Shown piece by piece: positions 48,483 through 58,346 of a stretch of DNA of 64,000 nucleotides. Within the stretch, counting starts at the first letter, position 1. Every line of letters starts with the position of its first letter. The notes under the pieces were generated by a model. That model was given only the letters and a program-made list of their open reading frames with translations. It had not been told where the DNA came from and ran no database searches. The position numbers and the translations under genes were made by a program. The stretch spans positions 1,831 through 65,830 of the forward strand of contig JANSWP010000032.1 of the NCBI GenBank assembly GCA_024743405.1. Direction: 5' to 3'. The DNA is from Bacteroidota bacterium (GTDB lineage Bacteria; Bacteroidota; Bacteroidia; Chitinophagales; Saprospiraceae).

Positions 48483-50606
48483 ATGATCTATTTTTCAGAA
48501 ATCATCCCTACAGAAATCGTTCAGACCATAGGTTGGACATTATTAAATTCTTTATGGCAAGGAATGGCGATTGCCCTTCTTTTAGCCATAGCACTATTTG
48601 TTTTTAGAAAAAAATCGGCTCAATTCAGATATGCTCTTTCAGTAAGCGCTATGGGGTTGTTAGTTATTGCTGCTGTTGTAACGTATGTAATTGAATATCA
48701 ATTAATTATTCAGGTGGAAGAGCCTTTGGGAATATTGAGGTTTGATGCCGAAAATTCAAATGAATTTTTATTGACACAACTCGAATCTACCTCAACATGG
48801 TTTACTTACTTTATTGACTATTTCAATCAAAACATTCCCTTAATGGTCTTAGTTTGGATGTTAGGAATCCTATTTATGGGGCTTCGAATGATTGGTGAAA
48901 TCACTTATGTTTATCATTTGAAAAATTACCAAACGCAGATTGTTCCAAATGCCGTTCAGCTACAATTAGAAACGCTTTTAAACCAATTAAACATTCAGAA
49001 AAGAGTAAAAATATTAGAGAGTTTAAAAGTGCAAACCCCAATGGTTATCGGTTTTTTGAAACCCGTAATTTTAATGCCGATTGGGCTAATATCGGGGTTA
49101 TCGTCAAAGCAAATTGAAAGCATTTTAGCGCATGAATTAGTGCATATCAAGCGTCATGATTTTGCGATAAATTTATTACAATCTTTTGTAGAGGTTTTGC
49201 TCTTTTTTAATCCTGCTGTTTGGTGGATTTCGGCTTGTATTCGCGCGGAAAGAGAACATTGTTGTGATGATTTAGCTATTCAGGTAACGGGGGACAAAAC
49301 AACTTTTGTAAAGACTTTGGCACAATTGGAAGAAATACGAATATCGAATCAATTTGCAATGGCTTTTGCCAACAACCGAAATGGTGTTCTACATCGTATT
49401 CGCCGAATTTTGAAAAAAGAAACCACCTTTCATGGCTTTTCACGAGGATTTTGGGGCTCTTTGATTTTAGTTATGTGTTTCTTTTTAGTGGCATTTAGTG
49501 AAGGGGAAATGGAGTCTCAAGCACTTGAAAACGACTTAATAAACGTAATTGATAATGAATTTGAGGAAGCCTTAGTCATAGAAGCGGCGGAAACTACTGA
49601 TGTACAAGTAGATGATAAAATGGGTATCCGAAGTGAAGAGGTTAAGTACTTGCGAGATGATGTTAAAATCAAAAAAATATCTTCAGCACCTTTATCGAAA
49701 TTCATTATCGAAAATTCAGAAGTTCCAGTATTGGAAGGGTCTATTAATAAAAATTCATTAGAAAGGAAAGTGGTTATTAAGTTAGATTCTGTTCCAAAAA
49801 CAAAGAGAGAACTGGAGTTATTAGATAAGAGGATTGCTGAATTACAAGAAAAATTGATTGGAATAGAAAAGGAGACAAAACCTTTAGGTAAAGAACATTT
49901 GGAAGGATTTCAAAAAGCTCGTGATGCTGAAATTGCTGCGATGAAACAAGCAGCTGCTAAATTGGAAAAAGAGGAGGCATACATGGAAAAAGAGGTAATG
50001 GCAAAATTGAAATATCAAAGAGAAATGCAAGAATTGAAAATGAAAGAAGCTCAAAGTCAATTGGCTTTGGCGAAAGAAAAAATGTCTCGTGAGCGAGAGA
50101 TGAATTTTGCAAAAATAGAGGTAGAAGTTAGTCAAGCTTTGGATAGAGAATTAATGGATTTAGACGAACAAAAAGCAAAAATTGAGCGAAATAGAGATAA
50201 ATATTCAGATGAAGAGTATGCACAATTAATTGAAGAAATAAAGCAATCCGAATCTCAGATAAAAGGAAATATTGAACAAGAGTTGGCAATCATGAGAGAA
50301 CGCCAAGAACATAATCTGCAAGTACAAGAACTAGCACTTCAGCATGAGGCTCAAAGTATGGATTTGGAACGTAAGCAAATGGAACTAGCTGCAAAGCAGT
50401 ATCAAATGCAGTTGACAGAACAAAAACGACATATTGAGGTTGCTAAAAAAGAAATCGCCAGAGAAATGAAGGCACTAGAGAATAGAGATTTGTCAATGTT
50501 AAAAAGAGAAATGGAAGAAGCTCGAAAACGAGTTGCTGAAGAAATGGAAATGCTAAAAATGGAACTTGATATTTTAAAAAAAGAGCGAAGTCGGAGAGTT
50601 GAATAA
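48483..50606 (+). CDS. BlaR1/MecR1-like M56 peptidase sensor with long coiled-coil tail (module 2)
   Basis: TM helices and AHELVHIKRHD. From about aa 440 to the end there is an E/K/Q/A-rich heptad-like sequence (..KEKMSREREMNFAKIEVEVSQALDRELMDLDEQKAKIERN..). Confidence 0.85.
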   Translation: MIYFSEIIPTEIVQTIGWTLLNSLWQGMAIALLLAIALFVFRKKSAQFRYALSVSAMGLLVIAAVVTYVIEYQLIIQVEEPLGILRFDAENSNEFLLTQLESTSTWFTYFIDYFNQNIPLMVLVWMLGILFMGLRMIGEITYVYHLKNYQTQIVPNAVQLQLETLLNQLNIQKRVKILESLKVQTPMVIGFLKPVILMPIGLISGLSSKQIESILAHELVHIKRHDFAINLLQSFVEVLLFFNPAVWWISACIRAEREHCCDDLAIQVTGDKTTFVKTLAQLEEIRISNQFAMAFANNRNGVLHRIRRILKKETTFHGFSRGFWGSLILVMCFFLVAFSEGEMESQALENDLINVIDNEFEEALVIEAAETTDVQVDDKMGIRSEEVKYLRDDVKIKKISSAPLSKFIIENSEVPVLEGSINKNSLERKVVIKLDSVPKTKRELELLDKRIAELQEKLIGIEKETKPLGKEHLEGFQKARDAEIAAMKQAAAKLEKEEAYMEKEVMAKLKYQREMQELKMKEAQSQLALAKEKMSREREMNFAKIEVEVSQALDRELMDLDEQKAKIERNRDKYSDEEYAQLIEEIKQSESQIKGNIEQELAIMRERQEHNLQVQELALQHEAQSMDLERKQMELAAKQYQMQLTEQKRHIEVAKKEIAREMKALENRDLSMLKREMEEARKRVAEEMEMLKMELDILKKERSRRVE

Positions 50607-50625
50607 CTTAATGAATCCAAATCTT

Positions 50626-50684
50626 GTGAATTGACCTGAAATATTTTTGTTGTTAAATGGTGAAAATTATTCAGGTTAATTCAC
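50626..50684 (+). terminator. hairpin after the module 2 sensor gene
   Basis: gtgaattgacctgaa / ttcaggttaattcac forms a 15-bp stem with 1 mismatch and a 29-nt loop. Confidence 0.5.
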
Positions 50685-50704
50685 GAAATTCGGGTCAAAA
50701 TTAA

Positions 50705-52522
50705 ATGAAAAACCTATTCTTTTTTAGCCTTCTTATCTTCCTGTTTTCTTGCTCAAGCCAAGAACAAAAGTCTTCTAAGCAGCCCAATATTATTCTTTTC
50801 TTTTGTGATGATCTCGGTTATGGAGATCTGGGTGTTTATGGACATCCAACGATAAAAACCCCCAATCTTGACCGCATGGCAGCAAACGGTCTAAAATTCA
50901 CAAATTTTTATTCTGGTTCTCCAGCTTGTACCGCAAGTCGATATGCATTGTTGACCGGACGTTATCCGATTCGTTCTGGATTCCCATGGGTACTTTTTCC
51001 AAATTCTTCGCGGGGGATACATCCAGATGAATGGACATTGGCAGAAGGGATGAAAGAAGGTGGATATGCTACAGGTTGTTTTGGAAAATGGCATTTAGGA
51101 ACTGCGAAGAAAGATTATTTACCGCTTCAAAATGGCTTTGATGAATATTTAGGCTTGCCCTATTCGAATGATATGTTGCCACCCAATCATCCTGAAATTG
51201 CTTTGATGGATGGTAATGACACATTAGAACTATCGCCCGATCAAACAACCCTTACTAGACGGTATACCGAGCGTGCAATTGAGTTTATAAATAAGAAAAA
51301 AGAGCAACCGTTTTTCGTTTATTTGCCCTATGCGATGCCTCATATACCGCTTCATCCAGGAGCCGAATTTGCCGGAAAATCTAAGCGAGGAACCTATGGT
51401 GATGTGGTTGAAGAAATCGATTGGAGTGTCGGGGAAATTTGGAAAAAAGTTGAAGAAATGGGGTTAGCTGAAAATACTTTATTGGTTTTCACGAGTGATA
51501 ATGGACCCTGGATTATTAAAAATGAAAAAGGGGGATCGTCTGGGTTATTTAGAGATGGAAAGGGAAGTACTTGGGAAGGGGGAATGCACGTACCAGCTAT
51601 TGCCTATTGGAAAGGAAAAATTGAAGAAGGATCTGTTTGTCAGAATCCTTCAAGTACTTTGGATTTGTATCATTCTTTTCTGAAAATTGCAGGGCAAGAA
51701 TTACCAAATAGCATTGTGGATGGAAATGATATTAGTCCTTGGTTATCGGGTAGTTTTAAAGATATTAATGCGCCTCAAAAGCCTTATTTTTTTTATGGGC
51801 CACGCGAACTACATGCAGTTCGAAAGGGCGCATGGAAATTACACATTCGTACGGCGAGTCAGACAGGAAAGGATTATTTTGATGGTAAATTGCCTTTACT
51901 TTTTAATATAGAAACTGATCCATCTGAGCAGTATGAAGTATCGGAAAAGCATCCTGAGATTGTAGAGGATTTGATGAATGATATTGATATTCATTTGAAA
52001 AATGTGGAAGACAATCCTAGCTTTTTTGAAAAGGAAAGATTGAACCAAAAAATTGAGCATTTGGCGGTAGGGAAAAAGGTCGAGTTTAAGTATCCACTTG
52101 CATCAAAGTATAACTCGCAGAAATCATTGACAGATGGTGTAAAAGAGACTGCTGATTATTATTCTTATTTACCGGGAATCCAGGAAAAGGATTTTGAATT
52201 TGTGATTGATTTGGAAGCGCTTCAACCCATAAATAATATTGAGATTGGGTTTATTCAGTTAGTGAATAATTGGCTTTTTTTACCTGAATTTGTGGAGTAT
52301 TCAATCTCGAAGAATGGGCGCACTTGGGAAAGTTTGGGAACTCAAAAACATGAAATTCCATTAAAGGAGCTTCAAATCGTTAAATATTTCACTAAAAAAA
52401 TAGAAAACAAGGAAGCTCGTTTTATAAAAATATTTGCAAAGAATATTGAAAAATGTCCAGAATGGCATGATGGCGCAAATAGAGGGGCTTGGCTTTTTTC
52501 GGATGAAGTAATTGTCAAATAG
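50705..52522 (+). CDS. arylsulfatase-family enzyme with C-terminal discoidin (F5/8 type C)-like domain
   Basis: Lipoprotein-type signal (LFSCSS). Sulfatase motifs CDDLGYGDLG, SPACTASRYALLTGR and GKWHLG. The C-terminal ~150 aa are carbohydrate-binding-like. Confidence 0.8.
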   Translation: MKNLFFFSLLIFLFSCSSQEQKSSKQPNIILFFCDDLGYGDLGVYGHPTIKTPNLDRMAANGLKFTNFYSGSPACTASRYALLTGRYPIRSGFPWVLFPNSSRGIHPDEWTLAEGMKEGGYATGCFGKWHLGTAKKDYLPLQNGFDEYLGLPYSNDMLPPNHPEIALMDGNDTLELSPDQTTLTRRYTERAIEFINKKKEQPFFVYLPYAMPHIPLHPGAEFAGKSKRGTYGDVVEEIDWSVGEIWKKVEEMGLAENTLLVFTSDNGPWIIKNEKGGSSGLFRDGKGSTWEGGMHVPAIAYWKGKIEEGSVCQNPSSTLDLYHSFLKIAGQELPNSIVDGNDISPWLSGSFKDINAPQKPYFFYGPRELHAVRKGAWKLHIRTASQTGKDYFDGKLPLLFNIETDPSEQYEVSEKHPEIVEDLMNDIDIHLKNVEDNPSFFEKERLNQKIEHLAVGKKVEFKYPLASKYNSQKSLTDGVKETADYYSYLPGIQEKDFEFVIDLEALQPINNIEIGFIQLVNNWLFLPEFVEYSISKNGRTWESLGTQKHEIPLKELQIVKYFTKKIENKEARFIKIFAKNIEKCPEWHDGANRGAWLFSDEVIVK

Positions 52523-52643
52523 TGATTTCAATAATAAATGTTTTTATTTTTTAATGTATTCAGGTATATTGCATATCTTTTTATATTTTGAAAATCTTTT
52601 TTTAATAAATAAATTATTGGTTTTCAGGGTTTTATTGAATCAC
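52522..52643. repeat. 12-bp inverted repeat (1-nt bulge) enclosing ~100 bp of AT-rich DNA
   Basis: gtgatttcaataa (52522-52534) pairs with ttattgaatcac (52632-52643), directly after the sulfatase stop. Confidence 0.45.
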
Positions 52644-52664
52644 TATGAACTAAACCTCCCTTTA

Positions 52665-52901
52665 ATGTTTAACAAACTTATTGAAAAAATTGCCGAAGAA
52701 TTTACGCTTGAATACGGAATTTTAGGGCTTGTTTTAATTTTTTTGGCTTACCTCGTTTTCCATTTAACTACAAAGATTTTGACGGATAAAGACAAGCAGA
52801 TTGACAATCTTGCTTCTGAGAATAAAGAATATCGGGAACGATTTACTAATTTGTTGGATAAACAATTTAACTTTAAGTCACAGGAAAAATCGAAACCTTA
52901 A
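52665..52901 (+). CDS. small membrane protein (78 aa)
   Basis: I prefer the ATG at 52665, because the upstream part of the ORF-track frame is AT-rich junk. One TM helix (ILGLVLIFLAYLVFHL) and then a charged helix. Confidence 0.35.
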   Translation: MFNKLIEKIAEEFTLEYGILGLVLIFLAYLVFHLTTKILTDKDKQIDNLASENKEYRERFTNLLDKQFNFKSQEKSKP

Positions 52902-52987
52902 TTTATATTTGCGATTCAGTGTTTAAGTTAACTTATTGATAATCAAACTTGAATTCGAAAAGAAACTAAAAAATTATCACTTAAAAG

Positions 52988-53542
52988 ATGCTAACATCAG
53001 CGATTATAATAGTCATTTTGGGAGCCGTTTGGTTTGCGGTTCGATTGTGGTCTATTCGCAAACACGACCGAGTGTTGCACACGATGTATGACTATCGAAG
53101 AGAGATCATGAGCTTGATGAGAACGGATAGATTTGAACAAGTGGATACAGAGGATTATCTAACATTAAGGAAAACCTTAGATAATGCCAATCTGGTCATT
53201 GAAGATTTTGAAAAGACAGATCCTTCCGTTTTTTCCTTTGTTCATTTATTGAAGAGTTTTGGTAAAAAGGCATACCGTGCAGATGTTCAACAGCGCCGTC
53301 AAAAATTAGCTCAAAACGAAGAAATTAAGCATCAGCAAACCAACTTTCGAAAATTACTTTCTTGGTCTGTTTATTATAATACACCTATTTTTTTTAGAAA
53401 TCGAAACATCCTTGCTATGATTCTTACCGCTTTTGGGTGTGTCCGAAAAGGGGCGGTAATGAAAAAAACAGAAACCTATTCTGATTGGGTAACTCGAAAT
53501 GTAAGCAATCCACTTGCTAAAGATTTCTCTCCGAAACACTGA
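52988..53542 (+). CDS. hypothetical membrane-anchored protein (184 aa)
   Basis: N-terminal TM helix (AIIIVILGAVWFAV). No recognisable family. A TATATTTG -7-like box lies at 52904-52911. Confidence 0.5.
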   Translation: MLTSAIIIVILGAVWFAVRLWSIRKHDRVLHTMYDYRREIMSLMRTDRFEQVDTEDYLTLRKTLDNANLVIEDFEKTDPSVFSFVHLLKSFGKKAYRADVQQRRQKLAQNEEIKHQQTNFRKLLSWSVYYNTPIFFRNRNILAMILTAFGCVRKGAVMKKTETYSDWVTRNVSNPLAKDFSPKH

Positions 53543-53612
53543 TATTTAGTTCGCAATCAAAATCGAGTTAAATTCCTATCTTGGTTTTTTATTCATTCAA
53601 TTTTCCAGCTTA

Positions 53613-54266
53613 GTGTCATCGAATTTTACACATCAAATTCCTTTCTCAAAGAGTAAAATTTCAGCTATCGTTTTGGCAGCGGGTTCTTCATCTCGTTTGG
53701 GTCACCCGAAACAATTGGTGAAATTTCAAGGAAAAACTTTAATCGTCCATGCACTAGAACAGGCACTTTTTGCAAAATTTAGATCTGTTTTTGTGGTTTT
53801 GGGGGCGAATGAAGATTTGATTAAACCAGTCATTCGAACCTTACCAATTAACGTCATTTTGAATAAAAATTGGGAAAAAGGTATGGGTTCATCGATTTCG
53901 GTAGGAGTGAAATATTTGGAAAGGGTTCATCCTGATTCGGAAGGGGTTGTTTTGATGACTTGTGATCAGCCTTTTCTAACTAGTGATTTATTAAAAAAAA
54001 TAGTAGATAAACATCAAACAACCCATGCCAATTTAGTGGCAAGTCGATATGAGGAAACGATAGGTATTCCTGCTTTTTTTAGTTCAAAATTATTTGAAGA
54101 ATTAAAAGTGTTGGATGGGCAAAAGGGAGCGAAGAACGTTTTAATAAAATATTGTAAGGAGGCTGGTTTTATAGAGTTTCTGAAAGGAGAATTTGATGTG
54201 GATCGAGAAGAAGATATTGAGAAACTAAAAAAAATGGAAGATTTAAATTTTGAAAAATGGAGTTAA
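53613..54266 (+). CDS. MobA/MocA-like nucleotidyltransferase
   Basis: GTG start. AIVLAAGSSSRLGHPKQL NTP-transferase signature. 217 aa. Confidence 0.75.
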   Translation: MSSNFTHQIPFSKSKISAIVLAAGSSSRLGHPKQLVKFQGKTLIVHALEQALFAKFRSVFVVLGANEDLIKPVIRTLPINVILNKNWEKGMGSSISVGVKYLERVHPDSEGVVLMTCDQPFLTSDLLKKIVDKHQTTHANLVASRYEETIGIPAFFSSKLFEELKVLDGQKGAKNVLIKYCKEAGFIEFLKGEFDVDREEDIEKLKKMEDLNFEKWS

Positions 54267-54682
54267 TTGTAAAAAACATAAACGAATTAGAAAAAGTCGT
54301 ACAGAAGCTATTAGGCTTTGCAAAGGGCAGAAAAAAAATGCTATTCACAGGCGAAATAGGAGCAGGTAAAACGACTTTTATCAAAGAGTTCTGTAAACAT
54401 CTTAAGGTGAATGAACATGTCACTAGTCCCACTTTTTCTTTAGTTAATGAATATTCTTTTAATGGAAAAAGCGGAGAGGAAGAGTTAATTCACCATATTG
54501 ATTTATATCGCTTGAAAAATGCCGAAGAAGCATTGGATATTGGAATTGAGGAGTATTTATATGATGATGATTATTGTTTGATAGAATGGCCAGAAATAAT
54601 TGAAAATTTACTGCCAGAGGAAGTTGTAAGAATTAACTTCGAGATAACAGAAGAATCCACAAGAAAAATTCTATTTTTGTAA
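54257..54682 (+). CDS. tsaE: tRNA t6A biosynthesis ATPase TsaE
   Basis: GEIGAGKTTFIK P-loop, TSPTFSLVNEY and HIDLYR motifs. 141 aa. It overlaps the upstream gene by 10 nt. Confidence 0.9.
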   Translation: MELIVKNINELEKVVQKLLGFAKGRKKMLFTGEIGAGKTTFIKEFCKHLKVNEHVTSPTFSLVNEYSFNGKSGEEELIHHIDLYRLKNAEEALDIGIEEYLYDDDYCLIEWPEIIENLLPEEVVRINFEITEESTRKILFL

Positions 54683-54780
54683 GAACCCATTACGAAGCAT
54701 TGAGTAGTTTATAACAATCAGTTTATCAGTATCTTATAAAGGTTAAACTACCATTGCTTATACAAATGAAGATCTGACAC

Positions 54781-56022
54781 ATGCCTGAGACGAGTAAGAA
54801 AATACCTATTCCAAAATCCTTGACGGAGGGAAAAATGCAGACTCAGACAGAAACCCTTCAAGTGCAACGTAAAAAGGATAAATTATTTATTGGAATTCCT
54901 AAAGAACGGACACTTCAAGAGAATAGAGTGGCATTGGTGCCAACTTCCGTTGCGACTTTAGTTTCCTTAGGTCATCGTGTTGTCGTTGAAAAAGGAGCTG
55001 GTGAAAAGTCAAACTATTCAGATCATAATTTTTCTGAAGTTGGGGCAGAGATTGCCTATAGTCCAGAGTCTGTTTTTAAAGCAGATGTGATTTTAAAAGT
55101 AGCACCACCAACCTTAGAAGAAATTGAGTTGTTTAAGCCAAATCAAATTCTAATTTCGCCACTTCATTTGCCCATAATTTCAGAAGAATATATTTATAGG
55201 TTACGTCATAAACGAGTAATTGCCTTGGCTATGGAGTATATTCAAGATGAAAGTGGAAGTTTTCCGGTTGTTCGAATTATGAGTGAAATGGCAGGGATTA
55301 GTGCAATGCTTACTGCAGCTGATTTATTGACAACCTCCCAAAATGATAAAGGAGGAGGTAGAGGAGTCCTATTGGGCGGAATATCTGGAGTTCCTCCTGC
55401 AAAAGTGGTTGTTTTAGGTGCTGGAGTTGTAGCCGAATTTGCAACGAGAGTTGCTATTGGGTTGGGGGCAGAAATTCGGATTTTTGATAATAATGTTTCC
55501 AAACTAATGCGCGTCCAACATCTGGTAGGCAGGCAGCTGAATACCTCAACATTGAATCCGATTCAATTGGAAAAAGAATTGGTTTCTGCGGATGTAGTGA
55601 TCGGAGCTATTCATTCTACTACAGGAAGAACTCCTGTGATTGTATCAGAGGAAATGGTTTCTAAGATGAAGAGAGGGGCTGTAATCGTAGATGTGAGTAT
55701 TGATCAAGGTGGTTGTTTTGAAACTTCGGAAGTCATGTCCCATGATCAACCTACCTTTATAAAGCATGATGTTATTCATTATTGTGTACCTAATATCGCC
55801 TCTAAAGTTCCTAGAACAGCTTCGATAGCAGTAAGTAATATTTTGACCTCAATATTATTGAAGGCTGGAAATGTCGGAAGTATTCAAGGGTTGCTTTCTA
55901 TGCATCATGGTCTAAGACATGGGGTTTATACGTACAAAGGTGCTTTGACAAATGAATATTTAGGTAGAAGATTTGGTATTAAGCATACAGATTTGGATTT
56001 GTTAATTACTTCTCAATTATAA
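54781..56022 (+). CDS. ald: alanine dehydrogenase family protein
   Basis: Rossmann motif VVVLGAGVVAEFATRVAIGLGAEIRIFD. AlaDH/PNT N- and C-domains. The exact start is uncertain; an internal Met at aa 19 is possible. Confidence 0.75.
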   Translation: MPETSKKIPIPKSLTEGKMQTQTETLQVQRKKDKLFIGIPKERTLQENRVALVPTSVATLVSLGHRVVVEKGAGEKSNYSDHNFSEVGAEIAYSPESVFKADVILKVAPPTLEEIELFKPNQILISPLHLPIISEEYIYRLRHKRVIALAMEYIQDESGSFPVVRIMSEMAGISAMLTAADLLTTSQNDKGGGRGVLLGGISGVPPAKVVVLGAGVVAEFATRVAIGLGAEIRIFDNNVSKLMRVQHLVGRQLNTSTLNPIQLEKELVSADVVIGAIHSTTGRTPVIVSEEMVSKMKRGAVIVDVSIDQGGCFETSEVMSHDQPTFIKHDVIHYCVPNIASKVPRTASIAVSNILTSILLKAGNVGSIQGLLSMHHGLRHGVYTYKGALTNEYLGRRFGIKHTDLDLLITSQL

Positions 56023-56029
56023 AAACTGA

Positions 56030-58345
56030 ATGATGGCAACTGAACGAGCAATTTTTGATGGCGTAGACGTAATCGCCAATGAAACGAAGCATCTTACCTT
56101 ACGCCGAGAAAAGCTTTTTGGAAAAGAGGCAGCTGAAAAAGTAGAACAAAATAAATTTGGAATTGCCTTGTCAGGTGGTGGTATTCGCTCTGCAACCATC
56201 AATTTAGGTTTTCTAAAAACATTGAATTTATTTAATATAATCAAGAAGGCTGATTATTTGTCAACTGTCTCAGGAGGAGGATATACAGGATCATATATTC
56301 AAGCGACACTAAAAAGTAAAGGAAGTTATAATGCTCTTTTTGAAAAAGATCGGATCAATCATTTGCGGAATTATGGCAACTATTTTATCCCTGGTCAAAA
56401 AGGAACGACAAAGCGTTGGAATGGTTTTTTGGTTCTGATAGGGTATTTAGGGAGTCTAGTGATGTCCCTTTTGAGTTTGGGCGTTGTGGGGGGAATGATA
56501 GGAGTATTATATTATCTTTTTGGCGAGATGGTAGATGCAGATAGTCGGGCATTTTTGGATAATTATGCGGAGAATAGAAGGATTGTTTATAAATATGGAT
56601 TACCAGCGCTTTTGACAGTGGTAGGGCTACATTTTCTGGCTAATATTTCGATGATTTTCAATCTCAGAGTATCAAAGTATTTTACAAAAGTAGAAGCAGC
56701 TTTAGTCTTTGTTGCATTCCTTTGCTTTGTTGGGATATTTATGGTGAGCTTTGAAGAGATTCAATTTTTGGAAAGAAAAACATACCTAACAACGGCTGCT
56801 ATTTTTTTAGGGTTATATCTATTAGGTTACTTTGTGAATCCTAATGGTATTAGCTTTCATCGTTTTTACCGCAATCAACTAGCCGAGGCATTTTTAAATG
56901 ATACTGAAGAATACGAGAATGTCTATTTAAAGGAACTTTCCAATATGGAAGGAGAAGAAAAAGATTACTTGGCTCCCTATCCTTTAATTAATACTTGTTT
57001 AAATATTCAATCGCCTGACGGAGATGATAAAATTAAAGGGGCAAAAGCAAGTGATTATTTTTTGTTGTCTCCATTATTCTGCGGCTCAAAATTGACGAAA
57101 TACGTAGAGACCAAATCTTTTCCAGGGTATGAACATATGACGCTTCCTGCGGCAACTACGATTTCTGCCGCTGCTGTAAATCCTGGGATGGGTATCTATT
57201 CAAATAGTCTCCTTAGTTTTATCATGACTCTTTTTAACGCTCGTTTAGGTTTTTGGGTGAATAATCCATTGAAACGAAAGGGGGATTTTTGGGTTTGGTG
57301 GCCTAAGTATTTTTTCAAAGAGTTATTGGCGGATATTAATACTAATCTTAGGAAAGTAAATATTTCTGATGGAGGACATATTGAGAATTTAGCAGTTTAT
57401 GAATTATTGCGACGACGATGTCGGCTGATTATAGCCGTTGATGCCGGAGCAGATCCTAATTTTACTTTTATGGATTTGGAAAATCTTGCGGTAAGGGCGA
57501 GAAATGAATTGGGTATTGATATAAAATTTAGAGAAGGGCAAGTGCCTGAACAGTCAATTCGTCCAAAACCAAGTAGCGGATACTCTGAACGTCGTTTTTC
57601 CATAGCAGATTTATATCATATTTGGGATGAGTTTGAATTAAAGGATGAAGAAGGGATTCCTGTAAAAGTAAAAGGTAAGAGAGTTGAGGTTCTAGTCAAT
57701 TATACAGAATTGGACGGGCAATTGAAATTTAGAACAGATGTTAAAATTAAGCATTCAGATGTGACTGCCGATGAGCTTTATGAGTTACAAGTCCTTGCTG
57801 CTAAACAAGTTCAAGCCGAATTAGACAAGAAGAAAGATGTTCAAGGGTTTGAAAAAGTTAAGTTTGGAACCTTGGTTTATGTCAAGTCTTCCGTTACAGC
57901 TCCGAAGGGGAAACCTTATATTCCTAGAAGAGATAATGAAGGGGAGCGTAACCTTCAATTTGATACCTACAAATACAAAATATATCATCCAGATTTTCCT
58001 CACGAATCTACTGCCGATCAGTTTTTCGATTTGGTGCAGTGGGAAGCTTACTTTCAATTGGGGCAGTTTATAGGAAAAGATGTATTGGATATGCAGAGTA
58101 AATTGTTTATGAAATATCAAGCGGAAAATGATAGCCCAAAGGATATTTCTATCGATGATTTAATCGCTTGCTTTGATGATGGACGAAATCTGTTTGCGCC
58201 TACATTGGCTGATATTTTAGAAGCAGAAGAAGAGGAAATAATTATCACGGATGGACGTGGATTAGAATCTGCTACCGCAAAAATTCAAGAAGAAGTTCCT
58301 GCCATTGCCGATGAGAGCGAATTGGATGTAGGATACGAAATGTAA
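56030..58345 (+). CDS. patatin/cPLA2-like phospholipase with four-helix membrane insertion
   Basis: Oxyanion motif GIALSGGGIRS. The nucleophile is in TVSGGGY. The catalytic Asp is in NISDGGHIENL. Four hydrophobic helices (aa ~130-270, nt 56417-56839) lie between the Ser and Asp motifs. The C-terminal ~300 aa are unassigned. Confidence 0.7.
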   Translation: MMATERAIFDGVDVIANETKHLTLRREKLFGKEAAEKVEQNKFGIALSGGGIRSATINLGFLKTLNLFNIIKKADYLSTVSGGGYTGSYIQATLKSKGSYNALFEKDRINHLRNYGNYFIPGQKGTTKRWNGFLVLIGYLGSLVMSLLSLGVVGGMIGVLYYLFGEMVDADSRAFLDNYAENRRIVYKYGLPALLTVVGLHFLANISMIFNLRVSKYFTKVEAALVFVAFLCFVGIFMVSFEEIQFLERKTYLTTAAIFLGLYLLGYFVNPNGISFHRFYRNQLAEAFLNDTEEYENVYLKELSNMEGEEKDYLAPYPLINTCLNIQSPDGDDKIKGAKASDYFLLSPLFCGSKLTKYVETKSFPGYEHMTLPAATTISAAAVNPGMGIYSNSLLSFIMTLFNARLGFWVNNPLKRKGDFWVWWPKYFFKELLADINTNLRKVNISDGGHIENLAVYELLRRRCRLIIAVDAGADPNFTFMDLENLAVRARNELGIDIKFREGQVPEQSIRPKPSSGYSERRFSIADLYHIWDEFELKDEEGIPVKVKGKRVEVLVNYTELDGQLKFRTDVKIKHSDVTADELYELQVLAAKQVQAELDKKKDVQGFEKVKFGTLVYVKSSVTAPKGKPYIPRRDNEGERNLQFDTYKYKIYHPDFPHESTADQFFDLVQWEAYFQLGQFIGKDVLDMQSKLFMKYQAENDSPKDISIDDLIACFDDGRNLFAPTLADILEAEEEEIIITDGRGLESATAKIQEEVPAIADESELDVGYEM

Positions 58346-58346
58346 A

